Below, piece after piece: positions 48,121 through 56,637 of a stretch of 63,760 nucleotides of DNA. Position numbers and translations under genes: made by a program. The stretch is from assembly GCA_035534315.1 (NCBI GenBank), contig DATLSD010000007.1, positions 1 through 63,760 on the forward strand. The letters run 5' to 3'. The stretch's first letter is position 1, and every line of letters begins with the position of its first letter. Below the pieces are notes generated by a model, which saw only the letters and a program-made list of their open reading frames with translations, did no database searches and was not told where the DNA came from. Source of the DNA: Elusimicrobiota bacterium (lineage in GTDB: Bacteria > Elusimicrobiota > Elusimicrobia > UBA1565 > UBA9628).

Positions 48121-50177
48121 TCCGGGATGACGGGGCTCGCCAAGCGCAGAGGGACTTGGCACGAATCCGCGAAAAAAGGCAGCAGCGACTTTACTTTCGG
48201 CATATACTGCTCGGCCGCGCGCTCTCCGGCTTCGATGAGAGCTTTGGCTTTTTCCAACTGCGTCCATGAAAAACCGGCCAATTCCGGCCGTATGACGACG
48301 TCCGCCAGGCCTAACCGCGCCTGGGCCACCCAGTTTTCCATGGTGAAGAACATCTGGGAAAAGGTCCGGAACATGGAGGGCGCCTTGAACGCTCCCGGCA
48401 GCGGCAGGCTTTCTAAAAGGGCGGCTCCGGCCGCCGCGACGCCGTCTTCCTTCGCGGCGAAAACGCCGCCCGAGGAGCCGTTAATCGGCCCGATGACCTC
48501 GGAGGCGATGAAGATGTCGGCTCCCAGCGACGGCAGGACGCTGACGGGAACGGGATTAACCAAGCCGCCATCGACCAAATAGCGCCCGGAGAGGCGATAC
48601 GGGGAAAAAATCATGGGAATCCCGCAGCTGGCCCGGACGGCCTCGGCCACCCGACCTTCCTTCAGGACAATCTCTTCCCCGTTTTGGATATCGGTGGCCA
48701 CGCAGGCGAAAGGCGTCCCCAGGTCCCGGAATTCCTTGGAGCCGAAATAGGAGCGCAAAAGACGCAGGAGAGTTTCCCCCGCGAAAAAACCCGACCGCGG
48801 CACGGTCAAATCCCAGAGGAGATTCTCATAAACCCAGCCGCGGTCGATGGAGCAGGCGATGTCCTCCATCTCTTCCGGCTCTATTCCCAAGGCGAACATG
48901 CCGCCCAAAAAAGATCCCATGGACGAGCCGGAAACCGCGTCGATGGGAATCCCGTGTTTTTTGAAGATTTTGAGGATCCCTATGTGCGCGAAGCCGAAAG
49001 CCGCGCCGGAACCAAGCGCCAAACCCACCCGCAACCCGGAAAGCCCGCGGGCCAGACGCCCGATGGCGCGCTTGGCGCCCGGACAGGCGTCCAGAGCGGC
49101 GTAGGGCGACTTGGTCCTTGCGTATTCGGCGGCGATCGCGCCGGGCCAGGGAAAAACCTGCGGGCTCACGCCGGCGGGGGCGGCCGCGTCCTCCGGTTCC
49201 ATCTCCCCCAGCCAAATCCGCGTCACCCTCCGGACATCGGCCGCGGGAAACACCTGGCCCTCCAATTGGCGGTATTGCGGCTTGTACAAGGAGGACCCCG
49301 CCAGCAGCACCACGTCGGCCTCGGACAAAACGGCTTTTTGCGCCGAGCTGGGGTTGGCGCCCGAACAGATCAGGACGTAGTCGTGCGACTCGCGCAGAAT
49401 ATTCAGGAAAAGATAAATCGCCTGCTCCCTGAACTCGTCGAAAACGCCCGCCGGAAGATTGAGCACTTTTAATCCCGACACATGCTGCTGAATCATGGTC
49501 TTGATGAGCCTGGGATCGCGGAAATTGGCCTCCAAAAGCATGCCGCGGCTGACCAAGACCGGGGTCAACCCCAGAGCCCGCGCGATGCCGCCCGCCTCGG
49601 AGGACATGTCGACCACGAGGACGCTGCGCCGGCTTTGCTCCAAGAGTTCCAAGGCCAGGTGCAGGCAGAAAAGAAGACGGTCCTCGGCGCCCAGGGCCGC
49701 GTTCAAGGACACCAGCTGGCTGTGAGCCTTGGCGAGATCCTTGTCGGCGCCGCCGGCCGGCACCAGCCGCCGCGCCAGAACGCGGGAAATATGCAGCAGG
49801 ACCGAGGGCCGATCGCGCAGCATTTGTTCGAAATCCCCGCGCACCATCTTCAGGAACTCGCAGGTCGTCAAAAGCTTGACCGTCATGGACCGGGGCTCCC
49901 CGGTCAGAAGGCCTCCCTCGCCGATAATTTCGCCGCGGCCCAAGACCGCGACCATGCTTTCCGAATCGCCGAAGGCGTGGACGATGCCCACCTGCCCCGA
50001 GGTGATGATGTAAAAGGCGTCCGCGTCGTCTCCCGGCTTGAAGAGAACGGAGCCCTTGGAAAGCGAGATGGGCTGCAGGCAGGCCGCGATGGAGGTGATA
50101 TCCTCCGAGGAAAGTCCCGAAAAGAAAGGAATGCGCTTTAAAAAAGGCTCCTGGAGTGAAATTTCCTCGGGAGTCAT
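48117..50177 (-). CDS. cyclic-nucleotide-binding domain / degenerate MinD-ParA-like domain / patatin-like phospholipase fusion
   Basis: Start at ATG 50177 (ATGA overlap with the Nudix gene), giving 686 aa. cNMP: FFSGLS...GEIIGEGGLLTGEPRSMTV. Middle: SVLVVDMS...GLKVLNLP...HDYVLICSG...ADVVLLAG, with no Walker-A GKT. Patatin: GLALGSGAAFGFAHIG, GSSMG, LVDGGLVNPVP. Confidence 0.82.
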   Translation of the reverse strand: MTPEEISLQEPFLKRIPFFSGLSSEDITSIAACLQPISLSKGSVLFKPGDDADAFYIITSGQVGIVHAFGDSESMVAVLGRGEIIGEGGLLTGEPRSMTVKLLTTCEFLKMVRGDFEQMLRDRPSVLLHISRVLARRLVPAGGADKDLAKAHSQLVSLNAALGAEDRLLFCLHLALELLEQSRRSVLVVDMSSEAGGIARALGLTPVLVSRGMLLEANFRDPRLIKTMIQQHVSGLKVLNLPAGVFDEFREQAIYLFLNILRESHDYVLICSGANPSSAQKAVLSEADVVLLAGSSLYKPQYRQLEGQVFPAADVRRVTRIWLGEMEPEDAAAPAGVSPQVFPWPGAIAAEYARTKSPYAALDACPGAKRAIGRLARGLSGLRVGLALGSGAAFGFAHIGILKIFKKHGIPIDAVSGSSMGSFLGGMFALGIEPEEMEDIACSIDRGWVYENLLWDLTVPRSGFFAGETLLRLLRSYFGSKEFRDLGTPFACVATDIQNGEEIVLKEGRVAEAVRASCGIPMIFSPYRLSGRYLVDGGLVNPVPVSVLPSLGADIFIASEVIGPINGSSGGVFAAKEDGVAAAGAALLESLPLPGAFKAPSMFRTFSQMFFTMENWVAQARLGLADVVIRPELAGFSWTQLEKAKALIEAGERAAEQYMPKVKSLLPFFADSCQVPLRLASPVIPE

Positions 50178-50785
50178 TTTGATATAATAAAAGGCAAGTC
50201 CCAATAGGCGCAGGCCAAGAGCCCAATCACCGTCTTGGAATCCTTTATTTTTCCGGAACGCACCAGCCGCAGAGCTTGGCGGAAGGGAATGATTTCCGCC
50301 GCCAAAAACTCGTCGGCGTCGCACGACGGCCTGCCGGCGGAAAGACCGCTGGCCGTAAAAATATGAATAACCTCGTTGGCGAACGCCGGAGTGGGGTAAT
50401 AGGAAATCAATTTTTTGACGGACTTGGCCCGGTAGCCGGTTTCTTCGGCGAGTTCGCGCCGGACGCAGGCCAGGGGCTTCTCCCCTCGGTCGAGCTTTCC
50501 GGCCGGAATTTCCAGCGTCTCTTCCCCCACCGGATAGCGGTATTGGCGCACCAAAACGATGCGCTCCGCATCAATGAAAGGAACGACGGCCCCCGCGCCC
50601 GGATGATCCAGATATTGGCGCTCGGCCCGGTGGCCGTCGGGAAGCGCGACGTCGTCCACGCAGAAATCGACGCTGCCGCGGTAGAGGCGGCGCCGGCGGA
50701 CGCATGTTTCCAGGAAAGAAACGCGCCCCCTGCTGTGTTTTTTCAAATTCGCCCCTTGAACCGGCCGCGGGGCATTATAAAACAA
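50174..50785 (-). CDS. Nudix hydrolase (ADP-ribose pyrophosphatase-like)
   Basis: Nudix box GKLDRGEKPLACVRRELAEETGY; RQYRYPVGEETLEIPAG. The start is uncertain. TTG 50785 is only 5 nt from the dnaE ATG; TTG 50746, preceded by AAGGGG, is an alternative. Confidence 0.82.
   Translation of the reverse strand: MFYNAPRPVQGANLKKHSRGRVSFLETCVRRRRLYRGSVDFCVDDVALPDGHRAERQYLDHPGAGAVVPFIDAERIVLVRQYRYPVGEETLEIPAGKLDRGEKPLACVRRELAEETGYRAKSVKKLISYYPTPAFANEVIHIFTASGLSAGRPSCDADEFLAAEIIPFRQALRLVRSGKIKDSKTVIGLLACAYWDLPFIISK
50774..50781. promoter_or_regulatory. overlapping face-to-face -10 elements (TATAAA on +, TATAAT on -) between the Nudix operon and dnaE
   Basis: cATTATAAAa. Plus strand: TATAAA 50776-50781, 9 nt before the dnaE ATG 50791, with no SD. 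Minus strand: TATAAT 50779-50774. Confidence 0.35.
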
Positions 50786-50790
50786 TAGTC

Positions 50791-53700
50791 ATGGCGACTT
50801 CCACCGCGTCCAAGGCCGAATTCGTCCACCTGCACAACCACTCCGAGTACTCCCTCATGGATGGGCTCATCCGGCTGAGCTCGCGAGACGGCAAGCCCTC
50901 GGAGACGCTCAAAAATCTGGCCTCCCGAAAAACCAGGGCCATGGCCCTGACCGATCACGGCAACATGTACGGGGCCGTGGAATTTTACCAGCAGTGCTCC
51001 GCGGTCGGCGTCAACCCCATCATCGGCTGCGAAATGTATCTCTCCAAGGGATCGCGGACGGACAGAGGCCATTCCCAAAAGGAAAATTGCCACCTGACCG
51101 TCCTGGCGAAGAATTTGGACGGCTACCGCAACCTGATGAAGCTCTCCACCATCGGCTTCATGGAGGGCTATTACTACGATCCCCGCATCGACAAGGACGC
51201 GCTGGCCCAATATGGAAAAGGCCTCATCGTCTTGTCCGGCTGCCTCAAGTCTGAAATCAGCCAAGCCATCACCTCCGGCGATTTGGCCCAAGCCGAACGC
51301 CTGGCCGTCCGCTTTCGCGACAGCCTGGAGCCCGAGAGCTTTTATCTGGAGATCATGGACCACGGCCTGGAGAAACAGCGGCAGGTCACGGCCGCGCTCT
51401 TGGAAATTCACAAAAGGACCGGAATTCCGCTGGTCGCCACCAACGACTGCCATTACGCCCATAAGGACGACTTCGAGGCGCACGACGCGCGCGTGTGCAT
51501 CTCCACGGGGCGCAAAATCGCGGACGCGGATCGCCTGCGCTTCGAGAGCCACGAGTTCTACCTCAAAACTCCGGAGGAAATGGCCGCGCTCTTTTCCTTC
51601 GCGCCCGAGGCCATCTCCCACACGCTCAAGATCGCCGAGATGTGCCACATCCAGATTCCCCTGGATCAAACGATTCTCCCGGACTTCGACGTTCCCAAGG
51701 GGCACACCCAGGACTCCTATCTTGAATCGCTCTGCCTGGACGGATTGAAGGACCGCCTGGGCAGCGTGGCGCCCGAGTACCGCGAACGTTTGAGTTACGA
51801 GCTTTCCGTCATCAAGCGCATGGGGTTCTCCGCGTACTTTCTCATCGTGTGGGACTTCATCAATTACGCGCGGGCCAACGGCGTCCCGGTCGGACCGGGG
51901 CGCGGCTCGGGCGCCGGCTCCTTGGTCGCCTACGCGCTCAAAATCACCAGTCTTGATCCGCTCAAGCACGGCTTGCTCTTCGAGCGCTTCTTGAACCCGG
52001 ACCGCAAGTCCATGCCCGATCTGGACATCGATTTCGCGGACACCGGCCGCGAGCGGGTCATCGAATACGTCCGCGGCAAGTACGGCGCCGAGAGCGTCGC
52101 GCAAATCATCACCTTCGGCTCCTTGGGCGCCAAGCTGGTCGTGCGCGACGTGAGCCGCGTCATGGGACTGCCCATCTCGGACGCGGACCGCATCGCCAAG
52201 CTCATTCCCGGCGGGCCCAACGTGAGCCTCTATGAGTCCATGAAAAGCCCGGAGATGCTCGCCGCGGCCAAGGACCCGCGCATCAAGAAGCTGCTGGACT
52301 TGTCCTTGCGACTGGAGGGATTAAAGCGCCACACCGGGGTGCACGCGGCCGGCACCGTGATCACCAGGGACCCGGTCGCCAACCACGCGCCCCTGGCCAA
52401 GAGCGCGCGCTCGGACGTGGTCACGACCCAGTACGACGGCGACATCCTGCCCAAGCTGGGCCTCCTTAAAATCGACTTCCTGGGCCTGCGCACTCTCTCC
52501 ATCATCACCGACGCCGTGGACTATGTGCGCGCGCGCCAAGACCCCGCCTTCGACATCGAAAAAGTTCCCATGGACGACGCGAAGACCTTCGAACTCCTGC
52601 GCTCGGCCAAGGCCTTGGCGGTCTTTCAGCTCGACAGCCAGGGCATGCGCGACCTGCTTTTTCGCATGCAACCCTCGGCCTTCAGCGACATCGTCTCCCT
52701 CATCGCGCTGTTCCGCCCCGGCCCCATGCAGTCGGGCATGCTCGACATGTTCGTCGAGCGCAAGCACGGCAAGAAAAAAGTCGCCTACGATCACGCGCTG
52801 TTGGAGCCCATCCTCAAGGACACCTACGGCTGCATCGTCTTCCAGGAACAGGTCATGGAAATCTCCAAGACCTTGGCGGGATTCACGCCCGGACAAGCCG
52901 ACGGCCTGCGCAAGGCCATGGGCAAGAAAATTCCCGAAGAGCTGGAAAAAATGCGCGACACCTTCGTCAAGGGCGCCGGCGAGCGCAAGATTTCCGCCAA
53001 GCTCGCCAACAAAATTTACGATCAGATGGTGCAGTTCGGGGGCTACGGCTTCAACAAGTCCCACTCCGCGGCCTACGGCGTCCTGGCCTACCAGACCGCG
53101 TACTTGAAGGCTAACTTCCCGGTCGAGTTCATGACCGCGGTCCTCTCCTCGGAAATCGGCCACTCCGCCGTGGACGTCGAGGGCAAAGAGAACAAAATGG
53201 TGACCTATCTTGAAGAATCCAAGAGCATGGGCATCCCCATTTTGCCGCCCGACGTCCAAAAATCGGAGGCGCGCTTCTCCATCGAGGATTCCGGAGCCAT
53301 CCGCTTCGGCCTCGTGGCCGTCAAGAACGTCGGCGCGGGCGCGGCGCAGTCCATCATCGAGGCCAGGAAGCAGGGCGCGTTCAAAAGCCTGGACGACTTC
53401 TGCGAGCGCATCGACGTTCACGCCGCCAACCGCAAGGCGATAGAATCGCTCATTAAGGCCGGCGCCCTGGACTGCCTCCTGCCCGGCCAGCCGGCCGGCG
53501 CGGCCCGCGGCCGCCTTTTATCCGCGGTCGAGTCCGTTCTGGAGCGCTCGGCGCGCCGCCGGCAGGACATCGAGTCGGGCCAAGGCCTCCTTTTCGAGGC
53601 TTTCGGGCCCGAGGCGCCCGCCGAGGCGCTCCCGGAAGGCAAGCCCCTGAATGATTCGGAGATTTTAAAGAATGAAAAAGAGGTCCTTGGGTTCTACTTC

Positions 53701-54327
53701 TCGGGCCACCCCCTTTTGAGCGTCAAGGACAAATTGTCCTGCGCGGCGACCCACGAAATCGCCAAGCTGGGCCAGGACATTTCCGGCCCCGTGCGCTTGG
53801 CCGGCCTTCTGGTCCATGTCAAGCGCATGGTCACCAAATCCAAGGGCGAAAACATGGCCAAAGCCACGCTCGAAGATCTCTCGGGCGAAATCGATCTCCT
53901 TATTTTCCCCAAGGCGTACGCTTCGGGCCTGGGCGACCGCTTGAAGGTCGGAGAATTCGTCGCGGTTTCGGGACGCCTGAGCTTTCGCGGCGAGGGGCCC
54001 GGCGGCAAATCGGAGAGCCCGTCTCCCGAGGGATCCGCCGAAATTATCGTAGACGACATCATGCCTCTGGACGCCGCGATCGTGCGCTTCAGCCGCCGCT
54101 TGAAGCTCTTTCCGGGCGCCAAGGCAGACGACGCGGCGGCCTTGGAGGAGCTTAAAGCCGTGCTGGAAACCGCGCACGGCTCGTGCCACGTTCTCCTGGA
54201 GCAGCGCACGACCGAAGGCTTGGCCTGGCTGGAAACGGATTATTGGGTGCGGCCGGAGCAAAATTTGCTAAAATCCATCGAAAGAATTCTTGGGGAAAAA
54301 TCATGGCGGATAGAAAGCGCATCCTAG
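50791..54327 (+). CDS. dnaE: DNA polymerase III alpha subunit
   Basis: Start at ATG 50791, giving 1178 aa. PHP motif FVHLHNHSEYSLMDG. GFSAYFLIVWDFINYAR, PVGPGRGSGAGSLVAYAL, MPDLDIDF, GYGFNKSHSAAY. Confidence 0.97.
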   Translation: MATSTASKAEFVHLHNHSEYSLMDGLIRLSSRDGKPSETLKNLASRKTRAMALTDHGNMYGAVEFYQQCSAVGVNPIIGCEMYLSKGSRTDRGHSQKENCHLTVLAKNLDGYRNLMKLSTIGFMEGYYYDPRIDKDALAQYGKGLIVLSGCLKSEISQAITSGDLAQAERLAVRFRDSLEPESFYLEIMDHGLEKQRQVTAALLEIHKRTGIPLVATNDCHYAHKDDFEAHDARVCISTGRKIADADRLRFESHEFYLKTPEEMAALFSFAPEAISHTLKIAEMCHIQIPLDQTILPDFDVPKGHTQDSYLESLCLDGLKDRLGSVAPEYRERLSYELSVIKRMGFSAYFLIVWDFINYARANGVPVGPGRGSGAGSLVAYALKITSLDPLKHGLLFERFLNPDRKSMPDLDIDFADTGRERVIEYVRGKYGAESVAQIITFGSLGAKLVVRDVSRVMGLPISDADRIAKLIPGGPNVSLYESMKSPEMLAAAKDPRIKKLLDLSLRLEGLKRHTGVHAAGTVITRDPVANHAPLAKSARSDVVTTQYDGDILPKLGLLKIDFLGLRTLSIITDAVDYVRARQDPAFDIEKVPMDDAKTFELLRSAKALAVFQLDSQGMRDLLFRMQPSAFSDIVSLIALFRPGPMQSGMLDMFVERKHGKKKVAYDHALLEPILKDTYGCIVFQEQVMEISKTLAGFTPGQADGLRKAMGKKIPEELEKMRDTFVKGAGERKISAKLANKIYDQMVQFGGYGFNKSHSAAYGVLAYQTAYLKANFPVEFMTAVLSSEIGHSAVDVEGKENKMVTYLEESKSMGIPILPPDVQKSEARFSIEDSGAIRFGLVAVKNVGAGAAQSIIEARKQGAFKSLDDFCERIDVHAANRKAIESLIKAGALDCLLPGQPAGAARGRLLSAVESVLERSARRRQDIESGQGLLFEAFGPEAPAEALPEGKPLNDSEILKNEKEVLGFYFSGHPLLSVKDKLSCAATHEIAKLGQDISGPVRLAGLLVHVKRMVTKSKGENMAKATLEDLSGEIDLLIFPKAYASGLGDRLKVGEFVAVSGRLSFRGEGPGGKSESPSPEGSAEIIVDDIMPLDAAIVRFSRRLKLFPGAKADDAAALEELKAVLETAHGSCHVLLEQRTTEGLAWLETDYWVRPEQNLLKSIERILGEKSWRIESAS

Positions 54328-54692
54328 TCGCGGACGACGATCCGGATCTTTTGGAGCTTCTCCAGACCTACCTGACCCATCAGGGCTACGACGTCATCGC
54401 CGCGGCCAAAGGCAAGGACGCGCTCAATCTGGCGCTCAGCGAATCCGTGGACCTCATCATGCTCGACGTCATGATGCCCTACATCGACGGATACCACGTG
54501 GCCTACGAGGTGAGCAACAAGCTGGGAGACAAAGCGCCCCGCATCGTCATCGTGACCAGCCGCAACACCAGCCGCGAGCAGGGCATCGCCTTGATGAGCG
54601 GCGCCTATGAAATCATCCAAAAGCCGTTCGACATGAACCAGCTCTCCACGCGCGTGGCCCAAATCATCGCCGGCTCCGGCGCGGCCAAGTAA
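54303..54692 (+). CDS. stand-alone response-regulator receiver
   Basis: Start at ATG 54303 (25-nt overlap with dnaE). RILVADDDPD, DLIMLDVMMPYIDG, IVIVTSR, IIQKPF. Confidence 0.88.
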   Translation: MADRKRILVADDDPDLLELLQTYLTHQGYDVIAAAKGKDALNLALSESVDLIMLDVMMPYIDGYHVAYEVSNKLGDKAPRIVIVTSRNTSREQGIALMSGAYEIIQKPFDMNQLSTRVAQIIAGSGAAK

Positions 54693-54698
54693 AACCAC

Positions 54699-55523
54699 AT
54701 GGGCCGCTCGCGCGCCTTAGCGCTTTTTTTGGTCTTGGGACTCTGCGCCGGCGCGCGCGCCCAGTCCGACGCCGCCGCCCCGGCCCCCGCAAATGCGCCG
54801 AAGCCCTACATCCCCATCCGCCCGCTTAATCCCGGGCAAGACCAGAACGCGGGCGAGGAAGAGGCCAATCCGTCTTTGGACGTCATCGACGCTCCGACGG
54901 CCGCCACTCTTGACCAAGGCTCCTTTTACAGCCGCAGCCGCTTTTATTCCGCCGGCGGAATCCTGCAGTACCTTTCGTTCGGCGTCTTCGATGGATTGAA
55001 CATCGGGGCTTCGGTGTCCCTCGATAGCCTCATCGGGCGGCAAAGCCCCATCCGCGTGCGTGCGCCGGAGGCCCAAATCAAGTACCGCTTTTACGACGGC
55101 GGGCGCTTCGTTCCCGCCATGGCCGTCGGCTACGACGGGCAGGGCTACGACTACGATCAAATCACGAAGAACTACAACGAAAACCGCCGCGGCATCTACT
55201 GGGTGGCCAGCCAGGAGCTTGGAATTCCCGGCCTGGAGGTGCACCCTTCCGTGAACCTCTCCGATTTTAACTCAAGCTCCTTCGGCGGCGCCATTCCCAT
55301 TACCTACACCTACCAGGATCGCGTCGCCGCCATGCTTGAATGGGACAACATCAACAGCCTCATGTCCCAGAGCCGCTTGAACGCGGGCGTGCGGTTTTTC
55401 GTGACGCCCGCCCTGCATATCGATTTTGCCGTGCGCGGCATCGGCCAAAGCGGCCGGTTCCCGGACGGGACCCACCGCGGCACGGAGCGGGTCATCCAGC
55501 TGGTCTATACTGGTTCTTTTTAA
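54699..55523 (+). CDS. outer-membrane beta-barrel protein
   Basis: 274 aa. Signal peptide MGRSRALALFLVLGLCAGARAQ. The C-terminus VIQLVYTGSF ends in Phe. Confidence 0.7.
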   Translation: MGRSRALALFLVLGLCAGARAQSDAAAPAPANAPKPYIPIRPLNPGQDQNAGEEEANPSLDVIDAPTAATLDQGSFYSRSRFYSAGGILQYLSFGVFDGLNIGASVSLDSLIGRQSPIRVRAPEAQIKYRFYDGGRFVPAMAVGYDGQGYDYDQITKNYNENRRGIYWVASQELGIPGLEVHPSVNLSDFNSSSFGGAIPITYTYQDRVAAMLEWDNINSLMSQSRLNAGVRFFVTPALHIDFAVRGIGQSGRFPDGTHRGTERVIQLVYTGSF

Positions 55524-55556
55524 GCCGCGGCAAAAGCCGCGCAAGGAGGAATATTT

Positions 55557-56636
55557 ATGGCGCAGACGACCACGGAAAAACCAACCGGTTCACGGAGCCA
55601 CTTCCAAAGCTTGTCCGCGGGCAAGCTCATGGGCCTAAGGCAAATCACGGACCCTGAGGGGCGCTTTCGGGTCCTCGCCATGGACCAGTCCAACTCGTTT
55701 AAAAAGGCGCTGCGCGCCATGCATGAGCGCGCGGGGCATCCCGCCGAGCCGACCTACGAGGAAATACGGGACGCCAAGCTGGAGATGGCGCGCATCCTGA
55801 GCCCTTTGGCCAGCGCGGTCCTGCTTGACGTCAACTACGGGGCGCGGCAAGTCGTCAACTCCTTCGCCCTGCCCAAGAACATCGGTCTCATCGTGCGCGT
55901 GGAAGCGTCCAAGGACGCCGGAACGCCGTCCGAATACGAGCCCGGCTGGTCGGTCGAGCAAATCAAAAGAATGGGCGCCTCGGCCGTCAAGCTTCTGGTC
56001 TATCTCGACACGGAGGACGCGGCCAACGTCAAGGCTCAGCTCGGATTCGCCGAGCAGGTCGCGCAAGAATGCCGCCGCCACGACATCCTGCTCATGACCG
56101 AAGAGCTTTCTTTTCCCAGGAAAGGCGAGGAGAAGACTTCACCGGCCTACAAGGCCCGCAAGGTCGCCAACATCTTCAAGGCCGCCGAACTTCTGGGGCC
56201 GCTCACGGACATCCTCAAGCTGGAATTCCCGGGAGACATCCGCAACGACCCCGAAAACCGGCTCAAGGACAATCTGGCCAAACTCGACGCCGTCGCCATC
56301 CGGCCTTGGGTGCTTTTGTCCGCCGGGGAGAAGTTCGATCTTTTCTCGAAGCAGGCGGAGACCGCAATGGCCGCCGGATGCTCCGGCTACATGGCCGGAC
56401 GCGCCATCTTCAACGAGTATTTCGAGCAGCCCACGCCGCAGGCCCGGCACGCGTTCCTGGAAAAAACCGGCTCCGAGCGCATGCGCACGCTCAACGCCAT
56501 CGTCGAGAGCAAGGCCCGGGGCTGGATGAAGCGCTACGAGCTTAAGGCTTCCGATTTGGCCGCGGCGGTCGCGCCGGATTGGTACGCCGCGGGAAAGATC
56601 AAGAAGGCCGCCGCGTCTTCCTCCGGAGATTATTAA
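55557..56636 (+). CDS. class I aldolase of the tagatose-1,6-bisphosphate aldolase (LacD) family
   Basis: 359 aa with SD AAGGAGG. LAMDQSNSF, AVLLDVNYG, VKLLVYLD, ILKLEFPGD, LLSAGE, GYMAGRAIF. These parallel the LacD blocks AFDQRG, ILLDPEYG, VKFLLYYD, VLKVEVP, YLSAGV and GVLCGRATW. Confidence 0.8.
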   Translation: MAQTTTEKPTGSRSHFQSLSAGKLMGLRQITDPEGRFRVLAMDQSNSFKKALRAMHERAGHPAEPTYEEIRDAKLEMARILSPLASAVLLDVNYGARQVVNSFALPKNIGLIVRVEASKDAGTPSEYEPGWSVEQIKRMGASAVKLLVYLDTEDAANVKAQLGFAEQVAQECRRHDILLMTEELSFPRKGEEKTSPAYKARKVANIFKAAELLGPLTDILKLEFPGDIRNDPENRLKDNLAKLDAVAIRPWVLLSAGEKFDLFSKQAETAMAAGCSGYMAGRAIFNEYFEQPTPQARHAFLEKTGSERMRTLNAIVESKARGWMKRYELKASDLAAAVAPDWYAAGKIKKAAASSSGDY

Positions 56637-56637
56637 G

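Noticed and set aside
48117-50785. Reading the patatin and Nudix genes as a CBASS-like anti-phage system
   Set aside because: There is no CD-NTase or cyclase, no Cap2/Cap3-type genes and no mobile-element context. The sensor is a CAP-type cNMP domain, not a SAVED/STING-type one. The Nudix protein looks like an ordinary ADP-ribose pyrophosphatase. I kept it only as a lower-confidence candidate system.
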